From: a virus
Taxonomy: Duplodnaviria > Caudoviricetes
IMG/VR virus record: IMGVR_UViG_2829772224_000004
Coordinates: 2,613-66,612 of that record
Length of the DNA stretch: 64,000 bases
Reading direction: 5' to 3' (one strand)
Shown piece after piece: positions 9,111-16,559 of this stretch. The translations under genes were made by a program, and so were the position numbers. Each line of letters opens with the position of its first letter. The stretch's first letter is position 1. Under the pieces are notes generated by a model. It saw only the letters and a list, made by a program, of their open reading frames with translations. It was not told where the DNA came from and searched no databases.

Positions 9111-10050
9111 TGAGGTTCTCCCTTGGCTTGATGCGCAGCACGCGCGTTGTGGTGCCGTCGCCACGCACCGATGTCCGGGCGCTGATGAACCAGCGTTCGG
9201 TTTCCCCGATCTCGGCCGTACCGAGGGCATGGATGATCATTGCGCGGAGCCGCCCTGCCCTTGCGGCCTGCTCGGTCTCCGTCGCCTTGGCCTCGACGTA
9301 GAGGCCCGCGAGATCGTTGACGTGGTAATCGCGGGTGAGGTCCAGGCGCTCCGGCAGGCTTTGGCGAAGTACGTCGAGGACCGCTTCGCTATCCCGATCC
9401 CAATCGGGATCTGGTGTCCTGCCGGCGGCGATCATTTCCCAGAAGGCTTTGACCTTCTCGACCAGCCGTTCCCAGAACTCGAAGTTGTCGAGCGGGATAT
9501 CTATGATGGGTTCCAAGCGGAACGTGCCGCGCCGGGTCAGCACCACAACAGCGACACAAGCCCATGGGCACTTCGTCAAGGTGGCCTCAACTATTGCCTG
9601 AATCGCGATCCATGTCGGCGGGATGACAGCGCCGGTATCGGGGTCGGTCTCCCAGAACTTCTCGAAGGCATCCTCGGAGACGCTCTTGATCTGCATGATG
9701 CCGGTCCCGCGACGGTCCGGGCGGACGACGAAGGCATCCGGTGTCGCACCGATGCGGGTCTCGGGGTCCCGGTAGTAGACCGGGTTGTCGCCGTCGTAGC
9801 TGATGGCCCACGCCGGATGGCGCTTCTGCACCATCTTGACGACGACTGGCTCCATCAGGATCCCGCGCTCCATCGCATCGGAAGGCTCGCCGTCTGGAGA
9901 GCGCCGACCGGTCTTCTCGGCCCAGAGTTCGTAGGGTGACGAATACGGGTCGACGCCGAAGAGCGCGCCGGCGACACTTGCGGTGACGTCCTGGGTGCGG
10001 GCGGCAAGCCAGGCGGCGCGGTCGGCGGGCCTGATGATCTGGATCGTCAT
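9097..10050 (-). CDS. YqaJ-like viral recombinase (lambda-exonuclease family)
   Basis: RAAWLAARTQDVTASVAGALFGVDPYSSPYELWAEKTG, RG..MEP, IGATPDAFV, MQIKS motifs. Confidence 0.92.
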   Translation of the reverse strand: MTIQIIRPADRAAWLAARTQDVTASVAGALFGVDPYSSPYELWAEKTGRRSPDGEPSDAMERGILMEPVVVKMVQKRHPAWAISYDGDNPVYYRDPETRIGATPDAFVVRPDRRGTGIMQIKSVSEDAFEKFWETDPDTGAVIPPTWIAIQAIVEATLTKCPWACVAVVVLTRRGTFRLEPIIDIPLDNFEFWERLVEKVKAFWEMIAAGRTPDPDWDRDSEAVLDVLRQSLPERLDLTRDYHVNDLAGLYVEAKATETEQAARAGRLRAMIIHALGTAEIGETERWFISARTSVRGDGTTTRVLRIKPRENLNAGF

Positions 10051-10343
10051 GATGCCCTGCCCGATCCGCGCTTATTGCGCTGCCGCCATTCGCCGTTCGG
10101 AACCGCGCGGCAGAGGTAGGACCTGATGCTGGATTTAGGCACCTGCTGGCCCAGCGCAGCAAAGATCGCATCGACGTCAGGATTGTCAGCGAAAGCAGCC
10201 AGCACGCGCTGGCGCTGCGTCATGATGCGGGTAAGGCCAAGCTTGGCGACATTGGCGGCGTCGAGATCAGATGCCAGCCCGGCGCCGCGCAGCATGTCGC
10301 GGACCTCGGCATCGGTGAAGCGGGTGAAGGGGCTGCTGTCCAT
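10047..10343 (-). CDS. Hypothetical protein, possible C-terminal HTH
   Basis: Operon context with overlaps at both ends. Confidence 0.6.
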   Translation of the reverse strand: MDSSPFTRFTDAEVRDMLRGAGLASDLDAANVAKLGLTRIMTQRQRVLAAFADNPDVDAIFAALGQQVPKSSIRSYLCRAVPNGEWRQRNKRGSGRAS

Positions 10344-10615
10344 CAGGCCCAGCCCTCAAGAAAGTCAGCTATCGACGCGTAGAACTGGCCGCGTTCTTCT
10401 TGGCTATTGGGCCAGCCTTCGATTTCAGCGGCCATCTTAGCCGCGTCGAGCAGCTGCTCGACGACATCGATACCGAATGCGCCCGACATGCTGCCGTCGC
10501 CTTCACGGGCGTAACGCATCAACTCGGCCATGGCGTCGGCAGCCTGCGAAGCCGCTGCAATGGCGAGATCGCGATTCCTGCTCTCGGCTTCTGTGGTTGG
10601 GGCGATGTCGATCAT
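10343..10615 (-). CDS. Phage hypothetical protein
   Basis: Coupled ORF of 90 aa. Confidence 0.65.
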   Translation of the reverse strand: MIDIAPTTEAESRNRDLAIAAASQAADAMAELMRYAREGDGSMSGAFGIDVVEQLLDAAKMAAEIEGWPNSQEERGQFYASIADFLEGWA

Positions 10616-10806
10616 AGCCGTGAAGCCTCCGCCCTAGCGCAGCGCATGATCGCGCTGACATCGTGAGACAGTGGGACCAGCGCCTCGAGTGCAGCTCGGG
10701 CATGGTCCTCACCACAGGCGTGAATGCCGCGACGGGCATAGTCGACGAGCTGCTCGAACTCGCGTTCTTGCCCGTGGGAAATGAAGCATGGTCTCACGCC
10801 GTTCAT
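10612..10806 (-). CDS. Phage hypothetical protein
   Basis: MNGVRPCFISHGQEREFEQL...; ATGA overlaps. Confidence 0.6.
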   Translation of the reverse strand: MNGVRPCFISHGQEREFEQLVDYARRGIHACGEDHARAALEALVPLSHDVSAIMRCARAEASRL

Positions 10807-10949
10807 GGCCGCACCTGCCGGCGGATATGGCACTGGCCGAGACGTCGCCAGAACGCCTCATACCGATCGGCGTCGACCGGATCGGCAAACTTCTGCTCGA
10901 ACATCGGCGACGGCGGCATCGTTAGCGCGAAGATGGAGATCGTGATCAT
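10803..10949 (-). CDS. Small hypothetical protein
   Basis: MITISIFALTMPPSPMFEQKF...; ATGA overlaps. Confidence 0.45.
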   Translation of the reverse strand: MITISIFALTMPPSPMFEQKFADPVDADRYEAFWRRLGQCHIRRQVRP

Positions 10950-11134
10950 TCTGGCCTCACCGCGGCTGGCCGGTACCCGAGGGTGACCTCGAAAGTTCGG
11001 GCGACCTGCTCGATCTGCTGCTCGCGCTTCATGCCGATGCGACGCGCCCAGTTCAGGACATCGAATGCGTCGACGGCGAGCTCGTGGAGCTGCTTGGGCG
11101 AAAGCTGGTTGGTCGGGGATGGTTGGGCGGTCAT
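10946..11134 (-). CDS. Small hypothetical protein
   Basis: MTAQPSPTNQLSPKQLHELAV...; ATGA overlaps. Confidence 0.55.
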   Translation of the reverse strand: MTAQPSPTNQLSPKQLHELAVDAFDVLNWARRIGMKREQQIEQVARTFEVTLGYRPAAVRPE

Positions 11135-11451
11135 GACAACGCGACCCACAACAGGGCGGCGACAACGATGGCGCCGGCGCCCAGGCTGATCCAGCCAATG
11201 ACGGAAAACATCGGCTGGGCCTCGAATGGTGGGCAGTCGTCGGCATCGGCGATCGCTATCTCGGTGAAGTCGAGACCGAGGTCGAGTTCGGCGTCGAGTT
11301 CGTAATCGAGCGGCGGCGCGTCGACCTGCGTGTAGACTTTCCCGCGCCGGGTGATCTCGTCGACGTACCGCGCCGACGAGATCACCCGGAGATCGGCCCA
11401 GGCACGAAGCTGGCCTTCGGAGACATGGGAGAGATCAGCAAGCTCGCTCAT
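11131..11451 (-). CDS. Hypothetical protein with C-terminal TM helix
   Basis: MSELADLSHV...VIGWISLGAGAIVVAALLWVALS. Confidence 0.6.
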   Translation of the reverse strand: MSELADLSHVSEGQLRAWADLRVISSARYVDEITRRGKVYTQVDAPPLDYELDAELDLGLDFTEIAIADADDCPPFEAQPMFSVIGWISLGAGAIVVAALLWVALS

Positions 11452-11636
11452 CACAGCGTTTCCTCGATGTGGGTGATCTGGGCGCGCAGCTCGGCGACGC
11501 GGCGTTTCGCGGCCGGGAGTTCGACCGCACGACGGCGGAAATCGTCGATCATCTCGGCGCAAACCTCGTCGCGTTCGGCGCGCTCGAGGCTGTTGCGGAG
11601 GTCGTCGAGGCTCGGGACGATGGAGGGCGTATCCAC
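11451..11636 (-). CDS. Small coiled-coil hypothetical protein
   Basis: GTG start, (M)DTPSIVPSLDDLRNSLERAERD...; operon context. Confidence 0.6.
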   Translation of the reverse strand: MDTPSIVPSLDDLRNSLERAERDEVCAEMIDDFRRRAVELPAAKRRVAELRAQITHIEETL

Positions 11637-11637
11637 G

Positions 11638-11988
11638 TCAGCGCCCCTCCGCTTGCGCGAGAGCAGCGCGGACGTCGGCGAGTGTGCGCACCTCCATCTG
11701 AACTTCAGCGGTCCAGTCGTCGGTGCATGAGCCGGGCGCATAACCGCGAGCAAGGAGGGTTCCAGAAAGGCAAGCCTCTGCCAATCTCAGCGCAGCCAGC
11801 ATGGCCGGCGCTGCCTGCTCGCGCTCGATGGCTGCTCGCAAGCCGGCGAGAATATCGGCGACGCCATCTTGGGTTGGATCACCTTCAAAGCCGGCGACGA
11901 AAGCTTCGGCCTGCATCAGTGCATCCACGGTATCGTTGGCGTCGTCAGCGCTTGGCGCGACTGGCATGGCAGCAACAGCGGCGATCAT
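11638..11988 (-). CDS. Phage hypothetical protein
   Basis: MIAAVAAMP...LMQAEAFVAGFEGDPTQDGVADILAGLRAAI. Confidence 0.65.
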   Translation of the reverse strand: MIAAVAAMPVAPSADDANDTVDALMQAEAFVAGFEGDPTQDGVADILAGLRAAIEREQAAPAMLAALRLAEACLSGTLLARGYAPGSCTDDWTAEVQMEVRTLADVRAALAQAEGR

Positions 11989-12143
11989 CAGAACCACCCC
12001 TTGAGCGCTTCGGCGCCCCCCATGGTCAGCACCAGCCACGATCCCGGAAGGATCAGGACAGCGAACAGCAGCTTGACCAGATCGGCGGCCAGGCCGAGGG
12101 CGTCATCGGTTTCGGGGTCACGTCGTGGGGTCGTGTTTGGCAT
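11988..12143 (-). CDS. First gene of the PL operon: small membrane peptide (51 aa, not in ORF track)
   Basis: Strong RBS AAGGAG upstream; MPNTTPRRDPETDDALGLAADLVKLLFAVLILPGSWLVLTMGGAEALKGWF. Confidence 0.65.
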   Translation of the reverse strand: MPNTTPRRDPETDDALGLAADLVKLLFAVLILPGSWLVLTMGGAEALKGWF

Positions 12144-12162
12144 CGGATTTCTCCTTTGCCCA

Positions 12163-12193
12163 AAGCATAGCGCGCAACGCTATAGTCTTGTCA
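12163..12193 (-). promoter_or_regulatory. PL promoter
   Basis: Minus strand TTGACA-N19-TATGCT with an operator between the hexamers; same geometry as PR. Confidence 0.7.
12167..12183. promoter_or_regulatory. Repressor operator OL1
   Basis: ATAGCGCGCAACGCTAT, the exact reverse complement of OR1 at 13287-13303. Confidence 0.85.
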
Positions 12194-12203
12194 AGCCAGA
12201 AAT

Positions 12204-12220
12204 ATAGCTTTTCACGCTAT
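12204..12220. promoter_or_regulatory. Repressor operator OL2
   Basis: ATAGCTTTTCACGCTAT, 11/12 match to ATAGCG-N5-CGCTAT. Confidence 0.75.
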
Positions 12221-12451
12221 GCTGTCCGTTCGGCCATTCACCGATAGCGGCCCACGCGTTCGCGCGCGGAAGCGCCAGACCTGATTCGTAGCGCGCTGCG
12301 CAGTGGGGTGCGACAGCACCCCACACTGAGAACGATGCGGGACACGGATTCGTTGAAAGGTTGAGCTCTACGAGTATCGTTGAGCAAGACCTGAGAGGTC
12401 TAAACGTAGAGCTCTATGTTAGAAGTTTATACTCACCGGGCGTGTGCGAAG

Positions 12452-12474
12452 GCGCGCGCGGTTAGCCCGCGCGC
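12452..12474 (-). terminator. GC-rich hairpin just downstream of cI
   Basis: gcgcgcgcgg-ttag-cccgcgcgc about 20 nt after the cI stop; weak U-tract. Confidence 0.4.
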
Positions 12475-12493
12475 CGCGGCGATGTCAACGATG

Positions 12494-13219
12494 TCAGAGA
12501 TGGATTTTTTGACCCTCGTCGAGATCGAAGATCGCCTTCCCGAACAGGTTATAGGATCCCGTCACATAGGCGATGATTCTGATCTCCTCGCCCTCGACGA
12601 TGCCATTTTTGGGGATCAGGATCGGCTTGTGATGGAGGTTCGTGGACTCCGGCATCAAGGCGATCCCGTTGGGCTCCTCCCAGTACCGCTTGATGGTCCG
12701 CTCCCGCTCCTGGCCATCGAACCGCATCCGTTCGACGACAACGATGTCGCCTGTCGCAATCGGCCGATAGTGCTCGACGAAATCCAGGTAATCGACGCCG
12801 ACAGCGAACATGCCATCGAGGATCCCAGCCTTGTTCATGGAATCGCCAAGGACCTGCCAGACGTACTGGCGGGCACGCCGATACCGCGGATCCGGAGATA
12901 TCGCGACGGCCTGCGGCTCATGATTGGAATGCAGGTTGATGTCGACGAAGACACCGGCCTGGGCGATCCCTGCATAGGGGAGGAACGGCGCTGCTTCAGC
13001 GTCGGAGCCCCGGTCTGAGGTGCCCTCGAATTCCTCGCCGAAGAGCTCGTTGAGATCGACTCCCAGGACCTGCGCGATCTGCTGATAGCGGTCCATGCCG
13101 GGATTCGATTTGTCCCGCTCGATCTTGCTGAGATTGGTCCAGTGCATGTCGAGCTGCTCGGCGAGGTCGGCTTGCGACATCCCTTTGGCAGCCCTGATAG
13201 CGGCGATGTTGTTTTTCAT
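12494..13219 (-). CDS. cI: CI-like repressor (XRE HTH plus S24 peptidase)
   Basis: N-terminal IAAIRAAKGMSQADLAEQL...LSKIERDK HTH; C-terminal VLGDSM (catalytic Ser) and TIKRY (catalytic Lys); divergent from cro. Confidence 0.93.
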   Translation of the reverse strand: MKNNIAAIRAAKGMSQADLAEQLDMHWTNLSKIERDKSNPGMDRYQQIAQVLGVDLNELFGEEFEGTSDRGSDAEAAPFLPYAGIAQAGVFVDINLHSNHEPQAVAISPDPRYRRARQYVWQVLGDSMNKAGILDGMFAVGVDYLDFVEHYRPIATGDIVVVERMRFDGQERERTIKRYWEEPNGIALMPESTNLHHKPILIPKNGIVEGEEIRIIAYVTGSYNLFGKAIFDLDEGQKIHL

Positions 13220-13225
13220 TTCAAT

Positions 13226-13245
13226 AGCATAGCGCCATTTGCATC
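13226..13245 (-). promoter_or_regulatory. PRM -10 element with weak operator OR3
   Basis: Minus strand TATGCT 6 nt before the cI ATG; overlaps ATAGCGCCATTTGCATC (one perfect half-site). Confidence 0.55.
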
Positions 13246-13253
13246 ATACGGGA

Positions 13254-13270
13254 AAAGCGGCAAACGCGAT
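13254..13270. promoter_or_regulatory. Repressor operator OR2
   Basis: AAAGCGGCAAACGCGAT, 10/12 match to the consensus. Confidence 0.65.
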
Positions 13271-13275
13271 GCCGC

Positions 13276-13306
13276 TTGACAAATGCATAGCGTTGCGCGC
13301 TATGAT
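13276..13306 (+). promoter_or_regulatory. PR promoter containing operator OR1 (13287-13303)
   Basis: TTGACA-N19-TATGAT with ATAGCGTTGCGCGCTAT between the hexamers. Confidence 0.8.
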
Positions 13307-13313
13307 TATCGTC

Positions 13314-13556
13314 ATGAAAGTCCGCGAATGGCGTATCGCCAACTCCAAGTCTCTTCGACAGGCCGCCGAAGATTTCGGTATCGGTGCTGGAAAGAACCCC
13401 TCTCGCCGTATGCAGCGTATCGAAACCGGTGAAGCGCCGGTCGATGCCCTGCTTGCCGATGTGATCGTCCAGATCACGAATGGCGCGGTCACTCTCCAGG
13501 ATCTCAACGATACGCGTCGCGACTGGATGCAGAACGCTCGCGCCGAGGTGGCGTGA
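13314..13556 (+). CDS. cro: Cro-like HTH regulator
   Basis: MKVREWRIANSKSLRQAAEDFG...MQRIETGE...VQITNGAVTLQDL; divergent from cI, ATG 7 nt after the PR -10. Confidence 0.8.
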   Translation: MKVREWRIANSKSLRQAAEDFGIGAGKNPSRRMQRIETGEAPVDALLADVIVQITNGAVTLQDLNDTRRDWMQNARAEVA

Positions 13557-13715
13557 TGGTTGGCGTCGCGCACATCGTTTCAGGTGCCTTGCGCGACTGC
13601 CGGCGTGTCGCCGGCATGGTGGCCCCCTTGCCTTCCCGGCTGGGTGTTGCCCGCTTCGTTTCGTCTGTCCGTTCATCGCGTCTCTCCAACTCCGTTGCTG
13701 GATTGAGGGATAGCA

Positions 13716-14219
13716 ATGATCGAGGCCGAGATCGTGGAAAGCTCAACCAAGAGCTTGGAAAGTTTAGCCAAGGGCAGAAGCCCGAGGCGGGGCGGCGGCA
13801 TCATGTCTAGCGTTACCGCCGCCTTCACAGCCGAAAAGCGATCACCACGCCAGATAATCCAGGCAGTTGGCGACCTGTTGGCGCCTAACGTGCCGGCAAA
13901 GAGCCAGTTTGCTCCGATCCTGCGGGCGCTGATCAAATTTGTTCCCCAAGAATACCATAAGCGAGTCACGGAACGGCGGGTTCGTGGCATCTACAACGGC
14001 GACGCTCGCCGCGTTGAATGGTACGAAGTGCAAGCGCTTCTTGATATCGAAGCGACCGAGGAGGCCAGACGTGCCAAGCTTAAACTCGCCACCACGGCGC
14101 ACATTCTGGCAGCTCATCTTGCCGCTGAGGGTGCGCCGCTCGATGGCCACCAGATGCGTGCTCTGGGGCGACTCGCTGGCGCACTGGATCTATCCGGAAC
14201 TGGCGGAGACGCCAGGTGA
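13716..14219 (+). CDS. Hypothetical regulator in the cII position
   Basis: Follows cro; VTERRVRGIYNGDARRVEWYE HTH-like segment. cII role inferred from position only. Confidence 0.6.
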   Translation: MIEAEIVESSTKSLESLAKGRSPRRGGGIMSSVTAAFTAEKRSPRQIIQAVGDLLAPNVPAKSQFAPILRALIKFVPQEYHKRVTERRVRGIYNGDARRVEWYEVQALLDIEATEEARRAKLKLATTAHILAAHLAAEGAPLDGHQMRALGRLAGALDLSGTGGDAR

Positions 14220-15082
14220 GCGCGCCAGCAAAACCATGGCTGGCGATGACGCCAGCCCAGCGCCTCGAGGCGGTCCGCCAGCTACTTGAGCAGGGGCACG
14301 CCCCTAGCGCCATCGCCTGGAAATTCCAGGCCCGCCCCGCCGCTATCGCCACGGTCGTCAAGGCGATCCGAAAAGCCGACGGGGCCCCGCAAGACGAATC
14401 CCCCCCTGTCGCGGCCGACCTCACCCAGCGAGCCTGGGCAATCCTGACCAGCGAGGAACGGGATGCCGTGGTTCTCGCGCTGCGCGCCGACGGTCTGGCG
14501 GCATCAGCGATAGCAGCCCAGCTCGCCACGACCCGCAATGCTGTCATCGGGTACATGAAGCGGTTGACCGACGCCGGCGTCGAGGTGCCAGGCCTCAAGA
14601 AGCCGATGCGGCCGCGCACCAGCAGGGTGCCGACGCCACCATCACCAAGCAAGAAGCAGGCGACTCCAAAACCTGCAAAAGCCCCGGCGCCGAAGCGCGA
14701 CAAGGTTTTACGCAGAAGCGCCGCCGGTGCCGTCGAAGCGGTACCGATGCGCGGCCCCAACAATCCGCATCCCTATGACTTCAAGGCGCGCGCCGAGCAG
14801 CGTGCCTCATCCCCAGGGCTATCCCCTGCTCTCGTTGCCGGCGAGCCCATCCGTGCCATCGAGGATCTCGCGGCACCCGTTTCCCGACGTCTCGCGTTGA
14901 CGCAGCTCACCGAGCGGACCTGCAAATGGCCGAATGGGGACCCGCAGGCCGAAGACTTCGGGTTCTGCGGCCACCAGGTCTCCAGCGCGCCGTACTGCGC
15001 CTACCACGCCCGTATCGCCTACGTGCCTCCCACTATCCGCCACCGCGCCGACATCAGGTCGGCGGAAAGGAAATTCGCATGA
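14216..15082 (+). CDS. gcrA: GcrA-like cell-cycle regulator with duplicated N-terminal HTH
   Basis: GLAASAIAAQLATTRNAVIGYMKRL and C-terminal LTQLTERTCKWPNGDP..DFGFCG...PYCAYHARIAY are GcrA signatures. Confidence 0.9.
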   Translation: MSAPAKPWLAMTPAQRLEAVRQLLEQGHAPSAIAWKFQARPAAIATVVKAIRKADGAPQDESPPVAADLTQRAWAILTSEERDAVVLALRADGLAASAIAAQLATTRNAVIGYMKRLTDAGVEVPGLKKPMRPRTSRVPTPPSPSKKQATPKPAKAPAPKRDKVLRRSAAGAVEAVPMRGPNNPHPYDFKARAEQRASSPGLSPALVAGEPIRAIEDLAAPVSRRLALTQLTERTCKWPNGDPQAEDFGFCGHQVSSAPYCAYHARIAYVPPTIRHRADIRSAERKFA

Positions 15083-15606
15083 CCGTTCATGAGCGTCCGA
15101 ACCGCGCTTCGGCGAATGAAGCAGCTTCCTTTGTCGAAGAGTACGACCGTCTCGAGCAAGTCCGCGAGGAAAAGCTTCGCCTCCTCGATGCCGACTTCAA
15201 GACGAAGAAGCGGGCGATCCAGAAGGAAATCGACAGCTCCCAGGGCACGCTTCTCGCCGATGCGAAGAGGCAGGGCGTCAACAAGGGCGTCATCCGGGCG
15301 CTGACCGATGCCCAGAAGATCAAGCGCAAGGCCGAGGCTTTGATGGAACGCGCCGAAGGCAAGGTCGACGGCCTCGATGAGGACGATCGCGACTTCGCCG
15401 TCGATATCCGCACCGCTCTTGGCGACGACTTCGCCGGCTTCGGGCTCGGCGCCGCGGCTGTGGCGCGCGAGGACACCGTCGCCGAAGAGGCGAAGCCTGA
15501 TGCCACCACGCAGGCCGTGATTGCAGCCGTCAGGGCCGACATGAGCGAGGACGACTGGGACAAGGCCGCACCAGACGTAAACAGCGAGGCGACTGCCCCG
15601 CACTGA
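15079..15606 (+). CDS. GapR/DUF2312-like DNA-binding protein with insertions
   Basis: SFVEEYDRLEQVREEK...LLADAKRQGVNKGVIRAL...IRTALG aligns by eye with the GapR pattern IERVERLE.EK...YAEAKGNGFDVKVLK...YLSAIG. Confidence 0.55.
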   Translation: MTVHERPNRASANEAASFVEEYDRLEQVREEKLRLLDADFKTKKRAIQKEIDSSQGTLLADAKRQGVNKGVIRALTDAQKIKRKAEALMERAEGKVDGLDEDDRDFAVDIRTALGDDFAGFGLGAAAVAREDTVAEEAKPDATTQAVIAAVRADMSEDDWDKAAPDVNSEATAPH

Positions 15607-15783
15607 TCCCGAGCGAAAGCCTCCGATGACAACGGCAGGATCACCGGCGAGGCCGGCCCTGTGACGGGAGAGGTGAGTAGGCCGCGCGGGGCGGACCGCG
15701 CAGGGGGAACGCCACCTCCTATCAGGCGTGACAGGACGGAGAGACGTCCACCAATCCAAGGCCCGAAAGGGCGGAGTTCCGTG

Positions 15784-16440
15784 ATGACCACACCGCGCAT
15801 TCTTGCAATCGATGCCGCAGCCCATTTCGGCTGGGCTTATGGTCCCATAGGCCAGATACCGCGGTCCGGCGCACAGTACTTCGCGAAATCCGGCGCCGGC
15901 GCCAGCTACGCCAACATCATGCTTGGCGCCATGCGCTGGACCACGGAATTCCTGACCGCCTATCCGGCCGACTATGTCGTCGTCGAACGGGCGGTGCCGG
16001 ACACCGGCGGCATCAAGAACAGCACCAATTACGAAACCTCGGAAATGAAGAACGGCCTGATCGGCGTCATCGTGGCGACGGCTCGTCTTCTCAAGGTCCG
16101 CAATCCGGATCTGATCATCGGCGACCAGCGCGGCGAACACCGACTCTGGCTATCGACGGTCCGCGCAAAATTCCTTCCGAAGAAACCCAAGGAAGACGCC
16201 GCGAAGCCGATTATCCGGCAGAAGTGCATCGACCTCGGCTGGATCAGCCAGGCCGAAGCCCTTGCCGACAAGGGCTTCGACAGAACCGACGCCCTTGCGA
16301 ACTGGTACTGCGCTTGCCTGCTCATCGACCCCAGGAAGGCGCCGCCTGTAGACCCGCTGTTCCTGGCCGCGGAACGCCGCAAGCGCGAGGCCGAGGCGCG
16401 GTCGCATCCATCCCAACCAACAGTTCCGGAGCGTTTCTGA
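15784..16440 (+). CDS. RuvC-like Holliday junction resolvase
   Basis: RILAIDAAAHFGWA (D), VVVER (E), DRTDALA (DxxD/A) RNase H-fold motifs. Confidence 0.8.
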   Translation: MTTPRILAIDAAAHFGWAYGPIGQIPRSGAQYFAKSGAGASYANIMLGAMRWTTEFLTAYPADYVVVERAVPDTGGIKNSTNYETSEMKNGLIGVIVATARLLKVRNPDLIIGDQRGEHRLWLSTVRAKFLPKKPKEDAAKPIIRQKCIDLGWISQAEALADKGFDRTDALANWYCACLLIDPRKAPPVDPLFLAAERRKREAEARSHPSQPTVPERF

Positions 16441-16559
16441 TGCAGTTCCGAACCCCGCATATTGTGAGCCACGCCCTGCCCGTCGTGGTGTTTATCGCCG
16501 CCCTCGTACTGATCATTGGTGTCGTTGCCGGCATCATCGAACCAGTGGAGCCACGGTAG
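16440..16559 (+). CDS. Small membrane peptide (39 aa)
   Basis: MQFRTPHIVSHALPVVVFIAALVLIIGVVAGIIEPVEPR; coupled at both ends. Confidence 0.55.
   Translation: MQFRTPHIVSHALPVVVFIAALVLIIGVVAGIIEPVEPR

Noticed and set aside
8497-9939. Long + strand ORF of 480 aa (similarly 36504..38012, 15019..16140, 53313..54698)
   Set aside because: Antisense shadows of well-supported genes in high-GC DNA; no motifs.
12325-12360. Hammerhead-ribozyme-like CTGAG...stem...GAAA
   Set aside because: The core is CTGAG directly followed by the stem, not CUGANGA, and no matching stem III/UH cleavage triplet could be built.
13239-13313. Longer cro start from the ORF track
   Set aside because: It would run through OR2, OR1 and the PR promoter; ATG 13314 fits the promoter geometry.
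13553-13810. ORF directly after cro
   Set aside because: It overlaps the better-supported 13716 gene and has Arg/Ser-rich composition. The region looks more like a structured leader (TGCCGGC-gtgtc-GCCGGCA hairpin), although a short peptide cannot be excluded.
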